A model generated the notes under the pieces. The model made no database searches and was not told the origin of the DNA. It saw only the letters and a list, made by a program, of their open reading frames with translations. The position numbers and the translations under genes were made by a program. Below are positions 18,832 through 27,679 of a stretch of DNA of 37,900 bases, piece after piece; within the stretch, counting starts at the first letter, position 1, and each line of letters begins with the position of its first letter. Source of the DNA: Pseudomonadota bacterium (GTDB taxonomy: Bacteria > UBA10199 > 2-02-FULL-44-16 > JAAZCA01); assembly GCA_043798915.1 (NCBI GenBank), contig JAZDOG010000036.1:1-37900 (forward strand). The letters run 5' to 3'.

Positions 18832-19707
18832 TCAGGGCTTGCTGGGCGCCACCACACACCGGATTCCGATAACATCGGTTTGGAAACCGCCGGGACTACC
18901 GCTGTAGCGGCTGGCCGCCCGCAGATAATCGTCAAAATAGGGATTCGAGGAACCGCCGCGGATGACTTTCTTGGCTCCCTCTCTGAGATTGACCGGGTCC
19001 TTTTCAGGCATCTCACCATACCAATTTCCATCATATGTATCGAGGACCCATTCCGACGCGTTCCCGGCCATATCGCAGAGGCCGAGCGACGTCCTCCCGT
19101 GCGTGCACACATCCGCCGTGGTCTCGGCATCGTATTGCGCTTCGCTATGATTCAGCTTGCCGCTGGCAGTCGGGTACTCATGGCCAGGCGCGCAACCCTT
19201 AAAAACATCCCTCGCCGCGCGCTCCCACTGCGCCTCAGTCGCAAGGTCTCCGCCTATCGACTGACAGTAGGCCCTCGCCTGATCCCATCTCACCCCAACA
19301 GCCGGCTGGTTGGGGCCATCATATCCGTTCCACTTCTCAAGCTTGGTCGGCACCTTTTTTGGCTCGATAACAAAATTGCAGCGGTTCGGGTCGTCGGGAA
19401 TCTGGCGGCTCTGCAGATGCAGCTGGCGCTCGCTGTCTTCGCGTGCGACAATCGACTTGGCGTGCGCGCCGCAGGAAACACTCATGAGATTGAACGCAGG
19501 CTGCTGCGCCTGTTTGGCCACATACGTTGAGTATTCCGTATTCGTGGCCTCATGCTCCGCGAAGCAGAAGGCCGAAACCTCGATCTCACGAACCGGCCAC
19601 TCATCGCGATCGCCGTTCCTGGAGCCCATCATGAATCGTGCTGTGGGAAAATACACAAACCCGGACGGACACCTGCTGTCTCCGCTCATCTCTCCGGCTC
19701 CAATCAT
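18832..19707 (-). CDS. FGE-sulfatase (SUMF1/EgtB/PvdO-type) domain protein
   Basis: FMMGS, HEATNTEY, QPAVGVRWDQARAYC, LATEAQWERAAR, GLCDMAGNASEWV, KVIRGGS, IGIRCV; SD GGAGG. Confidence 0.85.
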   Translation of the reverse strand: MIGAGEMSGDSRCPSGFVYFPTARFMMGSRNGDRDEWPVREIEVSAFCFAEHEATNTEYSTYVAKQAQQPAFNLMSVSCGAHAKSIVAREDSERQLHLQSRQIPDDPNRCNFVIEPKKVPTKLEKWNGYDGPNQPAVGVRWDQARAYCQSIGGDLATEAQWERAARDVFKGCAPGHEYPTASGKLNHSEAQYDAETTADVCTHGRTSLGLCDMAGNASEWVLDTYDGNWYGEMPEKDPVNLREGAKKVIRGGSSNPYFDDYLRAASRYSGSPGGFQTDVIGIRCVVAPSKP

Positions 19708-19754
19708 CCCGCACCTCCCGCCGCCACAAGGCGGCTTGCTTGTCCTCGCCTACG

Positions 19755-19781
19755 TTATCGGCAGGCCGACAAATAAGTTGC
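19755..19781 (-). promoter_or_regulatory. sigma28-like promoter motif, site 2
   Basis: Minus strand GCAAC-N14-GCCGATAA, about 48 nt upstream of the ATG at 19707. Confidence 0.6.
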
Positions 19782-19867
19782 GTCCTTTTTTGCGCAAATC
19801 TGCAAAGGCTGATTTTGCTGGAAATTCAAGGGGTTATAAGGCGAAAATCTCTATTCCCGGACAGCGA

Positions 19868-20713
19868 TTATGGATTGGAGCTCACCGATGTTTTTTGTAC
19901 AGGATGTCGAAGGGATGTGAGGACCAGTTCGCCCGTGAGTTTGGGTGACGTTTTTGCTGTTTGCAATCTATCTTTGTAGAGCTCGTCCCGATCGGGCAGA
20001 CGACGAAGCGTATAGCCTCTGTTGCGAAGAAAATCCAACCCATAGGATAGTGGCAAAGAAACAGGCCAAAAAGTCTGGAGTATTAAGGATCTCGCTTTAG
20101 TTAAAAAACTTTTTTGTTCATAAAAGGGAGTTCTGAACACAATATCAACAAGATTCCTACCTTCCATATTCAGCATGAACAAGGCACCTTCGGTCAATCC
20201 GAAGTTGTCCGCTATGTTTTCCATCCGTCGCATTTTCAATTCTTCGGAACCGCCATCTATAGTATTGCATCCATCAATAATAACACGCACCTTGTTGCTG
20301 AAATGCCGCAGAATAGGTCCAAAAACTCGTTCAACGCTGTATGTATCGTCCAGCCAGACCCTAAAGCTGCCGGATTCATTGCTCACACCAGAATAATAAT
20401 CTTTCCAAGCACCGCCAGAAAACCATTTGTTAAGTCCACCACCGCCATGAGACAGCAGATAAAAGCCATCGACAGGAGGATTGTTTCTGAGACGCATTTC
20501 CAATGCCAACGTTCTATTCAGATGTCTATTGGCGGTAGTGCTGATGACAACAATTTCTGATTCAGGCATTGATTTTTCAATATCGCCCCTGCGGTACATC
20601 ACTCGATGCGGGTTGGCAGCACCGAGATTATCATCTGCGGAAGTATCTATGATGAAGAAGACACCCTTCGTGGGTTGCTGTGGAGAAATCGGCGTGTTAG
20701 CTGGAGATGCCAT
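19868..20713 (-). CDS. Hypothetical protein, possible clan CD (caspase/DUF4347-like) His-Cys peptidase fold
   Basis: 281-aa AT-rich ORF with GFYLLSHG and VIIDGCNT strand-end motifs. Confidence 0.6.
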   Translation of the reverse strand: MASPANTPISPQQPTKGVFFIIDTSADDNLGAANPHRVMYRRGDIEKSMPESEIVVISTTANRHLNRTLALEMRLRNNPPVDGFYLLSHGGGGLNKWFSGGAWKDYYSGVSNESGSFRVWLDDTYSVERVFGPILRHFSNKVRVIIDGCNTIDGGSEELKMRRMENIADNFGLTEGALFMLNMEGRNLVDIVFRTPFYEQKSFLTKARSLILQTFWPVSLPLSYGLDFLRNRGYTLRRLPDRDELYKDRLQTAKTSPKLTGELVLTSLRHPVQKTSVSSNP

Positions 20714-20786
20714 GGCAAAGTCCCCAATAGAGGATAAAACCCCCGGTAGCCACCAAAAATTTCATACCTGCGACCACCTATCTGTA

Positions 20787-20814
20787 TTATCGGCAGAAGG
20801 AGGGACATTGTTGC
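20787..20814 (-). promoter_or_regulatory. sigma28-like promoter motif, site 3
   Basis: Minus strand GCAAC-N15-GCCGATAA. Confidence 0.6.
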
Positions 20815-20845
20815 TAGGTTTTTTGTAATTGTTCAGGTGCCCAGC

Positions 20846-20971
20846 TTGTCATTCTGAACGGAGCGGAAATCGTCAGACGGAGCAAGCTTTTATAATGGGC
20901 TTGATTTATTACCGGGATTCCCGGATTGATTTATGTTATCCGGGAATCCCGGTACAAGGCTGGCATGACAA
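20846..20971. repeat. Palindromic element with TTGTCAT...ATGACAA ends and an internal 17-bp perfect inverted repeat
   Basis: TACCGGGATTCCCGGAT (20910-20926) / ATCCGGGAATCCCGGTA (20938-20954); ends resemble the element at 27594. Confidence 0.65.
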
Positions 20972-21023
20972 TCCATCTGCCAAATACAGAAAACTGAGTA
21001 AAAACCGGAGCCAAGGCCAAACC

Positions 21024-21956
21024 ATGCACGATCACGACCATAGCCATGCAAAGACGGGTTTTCAGTGCCACGATGAAAGTCCGGCCGCCAACGCCGCCTA
21101 CTGTGCCCTGGAGCAGCGCCGGCTGATCATCTCCATCGTGATAACCGGGATCACGATGGTCCTGGAGTTCGCCGGAGGATTCTGGAGCGGGTCCCTCGCG
21201 CTCCTGTCCGATGCCGGCCACATGTTCAGCCACCTCTTTGCGCTCGGCGTGAGCTACTGCGCCATCCTGCTCGCGTGCAGGCCGCCCACGGAATCACAGA
21301 GCTTCGGGTTCTATCGCGCGGAGATACTGGCGGCCCTCGCCAACGGCTTGAGCCTCATCATAATCGCAGCCCTGATCCTGTACGAAGCGTGGAGCCGTCT
21401 CAAGAATCCCTCCGGCATCTCTGGCGCCCACATGCTCATCATCGCCGCCATCGGGCTCGTGGTGAACGCCATCACGGCGATGCTTTTGAAGGACGCCTCG
21501 CATCGCGACATAAACATCCGGGGCGCGTTCATCCACGTTCTTGGGGATCTCGGCTCTTCGGTGGGCGTCGTGATCGCGGCGGTCATCATATCGCTGGGCG
21601 GGCCTGCCGTGCTGGACCCGATAGTTTCAGCGCTCATCGCTGTCGTGATCGCATGGTGGTCGGCGAATCTCTTGTGGGACGCGGTGCGGATACTCCTGCA
21701 GTCGACGCCCAAGCATCTGAGCCATGACAAGATCATTGTGGCGCTGATGGATGGCATACCGGAGATCCGCGGCATACATCACATCCACGTATGGGAATTG
21801 ACGTCCAAGATGTATGTGATGACGGCCCACGTCGAAGTGGATGACATGCAGCTCTCCGCGACGGAGAGCATCAAGGCACGCGCCATGGAACTTCTGGCGA
21901 AGAGGTTCGCAATAACGCACGCCAATCTGGAACTGGAGACTCGGAAACCTGACTAG
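21024..21956 (+). CDS. Cation diffusion facilitator (CzcD/ZitB-type Zn/Co/Cd exporter)
   Basis: His-rich N-terminus MHDHDHSH; SLALLSDAGHM, SFGFYRAEILAAL.NG, NIRGAFIHVLGD, HHIHVWEL. Confidence 0.92.
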   Translation: MHDHDHSHAKTGFQCHDESPAANAAYCALEQRRLIISIVITGITMVLEFAGGFWSGSLALLSDAGHMFSHLFALGVSYCAILLACRPPTESQSFGFYRAEILAALANGLSLIIIAALILYEAWSRLKNPSGISGAHMLIIAAIGLVVNAITAMLLKDASHRDINIRGAFIHVLGDLGSSVGVVIAAVIISLGGPAVLDPIVSALIAVVIAWWSANLLWDAVRILLQSTPKHLSHDKIIVALMDGIPEIRGIHHIHVWELTSKMYVMTAHVEVDDMQLSATESIKARAMELLAKRFAITHANLELETRKPD

Positions 21957-22002
21957 AACTCATTTTAAAACTAAGCGAGGGGGGGGAGGAGTATCCCCGA
22001 GC

Positions 22003-22734
22003 GTAATTTACGATGACGACTCGATCATCGTCATCGACAAACCTGCCGGCATGCCATCCGTATCGCTGAAGAGCGGCGAGAAGGATACGCTGGCAGCGTG
22101 GATTATCGGACGTTTCCCCGGTCAGGCTGAAATCGGCCGCGAGGACCTGGAAGGCGGCCTCGTCCACCGGCTCGACAACGACACATCCGGCATCATGGTG
22201 GCGGCGAAGTCTCAGGCCGCATACGAAGATCTCCGCAGACAGTTCGACGAAGGGTCCGTGCGAAAGGAATACCAGGCGCTCGCCATAGGCTCTCCGCCCG
22301 AGCGGGGTTTGATCGATACTCCGATCGCGCATCATCCTCGGAAGAAAAAGAAGATGGTCGCATGCACATCGCCCGAGGAAGCGGAGAAATGGAAAGGCAG
22401 GCCCGCCCACACGGAATTCGAGGTCATCAGGCGCTTCAAAATCTTGCGAGGGCCAACTCCTCCTGGGGAGATTTTCGCACTCCTTTCCGTCACCATAGCG
22501 ACCGGCGTGAGGCACCAGATCCGCGTCCACCTCTCATCGATCGGATTTCCGATCGCCGGAGACAGGCTCTATCAAAAGAAAAAGGGGACGTTTCTCATTT
22601 TCCCTTTTTCGCGCCAGCTCCTCCATGCCTCCGGCATCGAATTCCTCCATCCCGCCACGGCCAGGCTCATCAAACTCAGTTCGCCGCTCCCGGCCGATTT
22701 CAAGGATGCCATTTCAACACTCAAGCCGCGTTGA
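22003..22734 (+). CDS. RluA/RluD family pseudouridine synthase (start uncertain; conserved N-terminal motif lies upstream of the first ATG at 22051)
   Basis: In-frame VIYDDDSIIVIDKPAG (22003-22050), VHRLDNDTSG, KEYQAL, TGVRHQIRVHL, PIAGDRLY, LLHA. Confidence 0.85.
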   Translation, partial: VIYDDDSIIVIDKPAGMPSVSLKSGEKDTLAAWIIGRFPGQAEIGREDLEGGLVHRLDNDTSGIMVAAKSQAAYEDLRRQFDEGSVRKEYQALAIGSPPERGLIDTPIAHHPRKKKKMVACTSPEEAEKWKGRPAHTEFEVIRRFKILRGPTPPGEIFALLSVTIATGVRHQIRVHLSSIGFPIAGDRLYQKKKGTFLIFPFSRQLLHASGIEFLHPATARLIKLSSPLPADFKDAISTLKPR

Positions 22735-22765
22735 CAGGCGGCGCCATTCAACCTATACGGTGCAG

Positions 22766-23494
22766 ATGCTAAGATGCAAAAACTGGACGTTAGGGGCGCT
22801 TGCCGCAGCAGCGGTCTTCTCCATAGCCGCATCGGGAGGGAAGGCGGGCAACCCCCCGGCCGCCGCCCCGGCCCTGGCGGCCGAGCAAGAGGCGCCTGCC
22901 GCGCGCGCCATCCTCGACAATCTCTCATCGTCAAAGGTCGGAAAGTTTCCGCACAAGTGGCGCACATGGCCGCTCCAGCGCGGGAAGGCTGAAGAGGTCT
23001 ACAGCGTCGCCGAGGAAAACGGCTCGCGCTACATCAAAGCCTATGACGACCACGACGCATCGCAGCAGATATTCCTGAATTTCGACTGGCAGATAGACCG
23101 CAGTCCCATCCTTTCGTGGCGATGGAGGGCGACGACCCTGCCCCCCGGCGCAAGCGAGGCCGGCGACGCTACAAACGACAGCGCCTGCGGCGTATACGTA
23201 ATCGTGGGCCGCTATGATGGCCACGCGATCAAATACGTCTGGAGCTCGACGCTCCCTGCCGGCGCCACGCACACCCGGCATGACGGAAAGCTCAAGATAA
23301 AGGTTTTAGACAGCGGCGCCTCTGGCAAAGGCAAATGGGTCCGCCACCGCGTAGACATTCCCGCTGATTACGAGGCGCTATTCGGAAGAAAGCTCGACAA
23401 GAACCCGTCGGGCGTGGCAATCCTGACCGACGGCAACGCCGTCCACAAACCATCAGGCTGCGACTATGCGGATTTTGCGGTATCCGGAAAGTAG
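22766..23494 (+). CDS. DUF3047 family secreted protein
   Basis: Signal peptide; PILSWRWR, DSACGVYV, AIKYVWSS, W..HRVDIPADY..LFG, GVAILTD. Confidence 0.75.
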   Translation: MLRCKNWTLGALAAAAVFSIAASGGKAGNPPAAAPALAAEQEAPAARAILDNLSSSKVGKFPHKWRTWPLQRGKAEEVYSVAEENGSRYIKAYDDHDASQQIFLNFDWQIDRSPILSWRWRATTLPPGASEAGDATNDSACGVYVIVGRYDGHAIKYVWSSTLPAGATHTRHDGKLKIKVLDSGASGKGKWVRHRVDIPADYEALFGRKLDKNPSGVAILTDGNAVHKPSGCDYADFAVSGK

Positions 23495-23514
23495 CCTGAG
23501 AGGAAGATCCAAAC

Positions 23515-24492
23515 ATGAGCTCACATAAAAACAATTCACTGAAGGCGGTCGCTGTAGTTTTATTCGCCGCGCTGATCGCGATCACATCCGTCGCGCCGGC
23601 GAGCGCCATCGAGAAGGATGAGGGCGGCAATGCCAGGGGCACGATCTCCGACGCCGTCGTCGACGCGCTCTCGGCCGGAGATGTGAACGGCGCGATCATC
23701 GCCATGAGAGAGGAACCGAGCTCCCCCAAGCTCCTCTACCTCACGCGCGAGCTGACTCGCATCAACAACTTTCCCTCCGCCCCCAAGCCGGACAAATCGT
23801 CGGCCCACAAGACATACCAGAACCTGGCGATCGCATATCACAACGTCTATCTTTTCCTGAAATCGCGCGGCGTGGATAAGAAGACCTTCCTCAAGGAGGC
23901 CCACCGCTACTATCACAAAGCGAGGAGCGCCGGCACAACGCTGCACAAGGCCGACTGCGATCTCCTGGATGCGGCGCTCACCGCGGCATCTGGCAACATC
24001 GAAAAGGCGCGGAAACAATTTTCCAGGATCGACGAGGATGCGCTCAGGGGGGATTTCGACTCGATGGAGTATCTGGCGGCCTACCATGCAGCCACCGGCG
24101 ACGCCCCGGCCGCAATAACTGCCCTGGAGGCGGTGCACAGTTTAAACCCTGACGCGACGGTCACCTGGCTTGCGATCGGCGACGATTTTCACGGCATAGC
24201 CGACGACCAGGGCTTCAAGGAGCTCCTCGTCACGTGGAAGGCGACCGAGGTTTCAAAGCGGCTCACGCTTCAAGTCCCGAAGGGCAGCAAACCCAGGCTC
24301 GAGGTCTCGGACGAGACGGGCCTCTTCAGGCCGCAGAAGTCGATGCCTCATTACGATCTCAAAAAGAAGAAAAAGGGGGAAACGAAGATTTCGCACGGAC
24401 GCAAGGAGCATGGGAAAAAGGACGGCAAGAACAGCAAAAAGGCCCCGGCAGGAAAAAAGCAGGGCGCTAAAAAACCCCACCACAAAAGATAA
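23515..24492 (+). CDS. Hypothetical secreted alpha-helical (TPR-like) protein with Lys-rich C-terminal tail
   Basis: SD GAGGA; signal peptide ending ASA; helical repeats; terminal K/H-rich segment. Confidence 0.7.
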   Translation: MSSHKNNSLKAVAVVLFAALIAITSVAPASAIEKDEGGNARGTISDAVVDALSAGDVNGAIIAMREEPSSPKLLYLTRELTRINNFPSAPKPDKSSAHKTYQNLAIAYHNVYLFLKSRGVDKKTFLKEAHRYYHKARSAGTTLHKADCDLLDAALTAASGNIEKARKQFSRIDEDALRGDFDSMEYLAAYHAATGDAPAAITALEAVHSLNPDATVTWLAIGDDFHGIADDQGFKELLVTWKATEVSKRLTLQVPKGSKPRLEVSDETGLFRPQKSMPHYDLKKKKKGETKISHGRKEHGKKDGKNSKKAPAGKKQGAKKPHHKR

Positions 24493-24501
24493 TCGGCCGC
24501 A

Positions 24502-24735
24502 CTACTCGCCATCGTCTCCGATTGCTTCAACGGGGCACGAGTCCTTGGATTCGTGGCACTGCGCCTCTTCCTCTTCGCTCGCCGGCTGCTTGTTCACATA
24601 AGCATAACCCGCTTCTTCCTGATGCGCGAAGTTGGTGGGCGCGATGTCGCGGCAGAGGTTGCAGTCAATGCACTGTGTATCTACGTAATAACGCCCGTCT
24701 GCACTCTCCGGAACCTTGTCGTCGTGGTTTGCCAT
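24502..24735 (-). CDS. Ferredoxin (single cluster)
   Basis: YYVDTQCIDCNLCRDIAP...CPVEAI; SD GGAGG 6 nt before ATG 24735. Confidence 0.92.
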   Translation of the reverse strand: MANHDDKVPESADGRYYVDTQCIDCNLCRDIAPTNFAHQEEAGYAYVNKQPASEEEEAQCHESKDSCPVEAIGDDGE

Positions 24736-24789
24736 ATCCATCCTCCTCCCTGACAGTTGATGACGGCCGGGCATAACGACACATGCCCA

Positions 24790-25431
24790 CTATGTCAAGC
24801 CGTATCTGGGACATAATTTGAGCACCGGGCAGGTGGGGCACGAGGGACTCCTGGCCGCGCAGCAGCGGCGGCCGTGGGTCATGATGAGGGTGGAGAATTC
24901 GGTCCAATTCCCCTCCGGCACGATCGCCGCCAAGTCGGCCTCGACCTTGTCTGGGTCCTTCTGCTTTGTGAGCCCAAGCCTCTCCGAAACCCTGAGGACA
25001 TGAGTGTCGCATATGATCCCCGGAAGGCCGAATGCATAGGCGCGCACGAGGTTAGCCGTCTTTCTCCCCACCCCCGAGAGCCCGATGAGCTTCTCCATAT
25101 CTTCAGGGACTTTTCCGCCGTGCTCCATCGTGAGCTGGGTGCAGCAATTTTGAATCGAGCGCGCCTTGTTCCTGTAAAATCCCGTCGATCGTACCGCCGC
25201 CTCGAGCTCCGCGCTTGAGGCCTTCGCGAAATCCTTTGCGGTGCGGTATTTTGAAAAGAGCGCGGGCGTCACCTCATTGACGCGCGCATCGGTGCACTGC
25301 GCCGAAAGGATCGTGGCGATCAAAAGCTCGAGCGCGCTCTTGTAATTCAACTCACACCTGGCGTGCGGGTAGGTTTTCTGGAGCAGAGGTAAAATTTTTC
25401 CTGCCCTCACCTTGGGGGAATCCATCTTCAT
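24790..25431 (-). CDS. nth: Endonuclease III
   Basis: LIATILSAQCTD, GFYRNKA, HhH LSGVGRKTAN, DTHVLR, Fe-S motif C.ARSPSC..C....CP; ATGA overlap with polX. Confidence 0.95.
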   Translation of the reverse strand: MKMDSPKVRAGKILPLLQKTYPHARCELNYKSALELLIATILSAQCTDARVNEVTPALFSKYRTAKDFAKASSAELEAAVRSTGFYRNKARSIQNCCTQLTMEHGGKVPEDMEKLIGLSGVGRKTANLVRAYAFGLPGIICDTHVLRVSERLGLTKQKDPDKVEADLAAIVPEGNWTEFSTLIMTHGRRCCAARSPSCPTCPVLKLCPRYGLT

Positions 25432-27158
25432 CCTTTCGTTTTTCTGAAATGTTTGATGAGGGCATCCACGCCGAGACAATTCAGGACGTCCCCTTTTTCC
25501 AGCCAGCCCTTGCGGGCGATGCCCACGCCGTAGGCCACGTCCACGAGGCCCTCCGGCTGATGCGCGTCCGGACAGATTGCCATCTTCGCGCCTCTCTCCT
25601 TCGCGTATTTGCACCAGCGCCAGTCGAGGTCGAGCCTCGAGGGATGCGCGTTGATCTCGATCGCCGTGCCGTGCCCCGCCGCTGTATCGATCACCTTCTT
25701 CATATCCACCGCGTACCCCTCGCGCGCCAGGAGCAGCCTGCCCGTGGGGTGCGCCAGAATGCAGACATACGGATTGGATATCGCCTTGACGATCCGATCC
25801 GTCATATCCTTTTCGTTCATGCCGAAGCGCGAATGCACCGCCGCGATGACGATATCGAATGTCGCCAGGATATCGTCGTCGAAGTCGAGCTCGCCGCCGG
25901 CCATGATATCCACCTCGATCCCCTTGAGGACGCGGAAGCCATTGAGTTTTCCGTTCAGGGCGTCGATCTCCTTGTGCTGGCGCTTCACGTCGGCCGGCTT
26001 CATGCCGTGCGCTATCGTCACCGCCTTGCTGTGGTCGGTGATGGCGAGATACGAATAGCCGAGCGAGCGCGCCGCCTTCGCCATCCCTTCGATGGATGCG
26101 CTGCCGTCGGTGTAATTGGAGTGGGCGTGGATCACGCCCTTGAGATCGCCCTCTTCTACCAGCTTCGGAAGCTTGGCCTTAGCCGCGGCCTCTATCTCTC
26201 CCGTGTTTTCCCGGAGCTCCGGCTCGATGTATTCGAGGCCGAGCGCCTTGAAGATGCCGGCCTCATCCATGCACGCGATCGACTTTTTCGACGCGCCCCT
26301 GAAGAGGCCGTATTCGTTTAACTTCAAGCCGGCCTTCTTGGCTAGAAGGCGCATGGCGACGTTGTGCTCCTTCGATCCGGTGAAATAGTGGAGGGCGAAC
26401 GGATATTCCCCATCCTTCACGGCGCGCAGGTCGCACTGGATGCCTGAGGAGAGCACCACCTCCGACTTCGTGTCGCCGTGCTGGACGACGCGCTCTATTC
26501 CCGGGAGATGGACGAACCTGTCCATCACCTTCGCCGGATCTCTGGTCGATACGAGGATGTCTATGTCCCTGACGATCTCCTTCCGCCGCCTGATGCTGCC
26601 GGCCACCTCGGAGCGCGCCACCTCGGGCCAGAGCTTCACCGCATCGTGCACGGCCCGCGCCTCTGCGGCCGCATCGGAGAAGAGCCTCTGCCCCGCGAAG
26701 CGCTTGAGCGATTCTATCCCCGCGAGGATATTCTTCTCCATCTTCTCGCCGAAGCCGGGGAGTCCGTCTATCATGTGCCTCTTGCAGACCATCTCGAGCT
26801 CGCCCGGCGATTTGATCCGCAGCTCCTCCCAGAGATATTTCACGCGCTTTGGCCCAAGGCCTGGGATGGAGAGTATCTGCACGACCCCCTCCGGAACCTT
26901 GGAGCGGAGTTCGTCGTACTCCTTGAACGTGCCGCTCTTCATGATCTCCGCGATATGATCGGCGATGTTCCTGCCTATCCCTTTGATGGACGTGAGCTTG
27001 CCCTCGGCCACGAGGCCCGCGAGGTCGTCGGTGAGATTGTCGATCGCGCGCGATGCGTTCTCGTATGCCCTCACCTTGAAAGGATTTTCCCCCTTGAGCT
27101 CGAGGAGCATCGCCACTTCGCTCAACATGTTTGCCACGCCGTGTTTGTCCATGGTCAC
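25428..27158 (-). CDS. polX: DNA polymerase X with C-terminal PHP domain
   Basis: GENPFKVRAY, AGSIRR..E..RDIDIL, YFTGSKEHN, LNEYGLF, IEPELRE, HAHSNYTDG, ITDHS, AHPTGR, DAH. Confidence 0.95.
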   Translation of the reverse strand: MTMDKHGVANMLSEVAMLLELKGENPFKVRAYENASRAIDNLTDDLAGLVAEGKLTSIKGIGRNIADHIAEIMKSGTFKEYDELRSKVPEGVVQILSIPGLGPKRVKYLWEELRIKSPGELEMVCKRHMIDGLPGFGEKMEKNILAGIESLKRFAGQRLFSDAAAEARAVHDAVKLWPEVARSEVAGSIRRRKEIVRDIDILVSTRDPAKVMDRFVHLPGIERVVQHGDTKSEVVLSSGIQCDLRAVKDGEYPFALHYFTGSKEHNVAMRLLAKKAGLKLNEYGLFRGASKKSIACMDEAGIFKALGLEYIEPELRENTGEIEAAAKAKLPKLVEEGDLKGVIHAHSNYTDGSASIEGMAKAARSLGYSYLAITDHSKAVTIAHGMKPADVKRQHKEIDALNGKLNGFRVLKGIEVDIMAGGELDFDDDILATFDIVIAAVHSRFGMNEKDMTDRIVKAISNPYVCILAHPTGRLLLAREGYAVDMKKVIDTAAGHGTAIEINAHPSRLDLDWRWCKYAKERGAKMAICPDAHQPEGLVDVAYGVGIARKGWLEKGDVLNCLGVDALIKHFRKTKG

Positions 27159-27577
27159 TTATGGTACGGCTCGCCGCGTATTATCGTGCAGGCTCGGTAG
27201 AGTTGCTCCGCGAGAACAACCTGCACGAGTTCGTGCGGGTATGTCATGCGCGAGAGCGAGAACCTCTGATCCGACCTCTTCATTATAATCTCCCCAATCC
27301 CAGCCTCGCCTCCTACGAAAAAGACGATGCGTTTCGTGCCGCGCCTCTGGTGCTCAGAGATGAAATCGGCCATCTCCATCGAGCTCTTCTGCAAGCCGCG
27401 CTCATCGAGAACCACGAAGAAATCCTGCGGGTCGAGGCTGCCCAGTGCCTGTTTCTCGTCGCGGCACGCCTTTATCTCAAAGGGGAGGTAGTGCGTCAGG
27501 CGTTCCGCGTAATCGGCGACGAGCTCCTGAACGGCGCGCGACTTGGGGCGCCCTATGGCGAAGACGGTTATTTTCAT
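27155..27577 (-). CDS. rlmH: 23S rRNA (pseudouridine-1915-N3)-methyltransferase
   Basis: MKITVFAIG, VLDERG, FFVGG..G, FSLSRMTYPH, EQLYRA, GEPYHK. Confidence 0.92.
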   Translation of the reverse strand: MKITVFAIGRPKSRAVQELVADYAERLTHYLPFEIKACRDEKQALGSLDPQDFFVVLDERGLQKSSMEMADFISEHQRRGTKRIVFFVGGEAGIGEIIMKRSDQRFSLSRMTYPHELVQVVLAEQLYRACTIIRGEPYHK

Positions 27578-27593
27578 CTGAGAATCCACCTGC

Positions 27594-27679
27594 TGTCATT
27601 GCGAGGAGCGATAAGCGACGAAGCAATCTCTTTGATTCCAAGGGATTGCTTCGCTCCCGTTGGTCGCTCGCAATGACAA
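27594..27679. repeat. Palindromic TGTCATTGCGAG-family repeat (REP/RPE-like)
   Basis: TGTCATTGCGAG...CGAAGCAATCTC / GGGATTGCTTCG...CTCGCAATGACA long hairpin between rlmH and priA. Confidence 0.8.

Noticed and set aside
18832..19707. Diversity-generating retroelement targeting the FGE-sulfatase gene
   Set aside because: No reverse transcriptase and no template-repeat copy of the 3' end are visible in the window.
20972..21023. NiCo (czcD) riboswitch upstream of the CDF gene
   Set aside because: Only a short AAACTGAG..CCGG resemblance; too short and lacking the four-way-junction elements.
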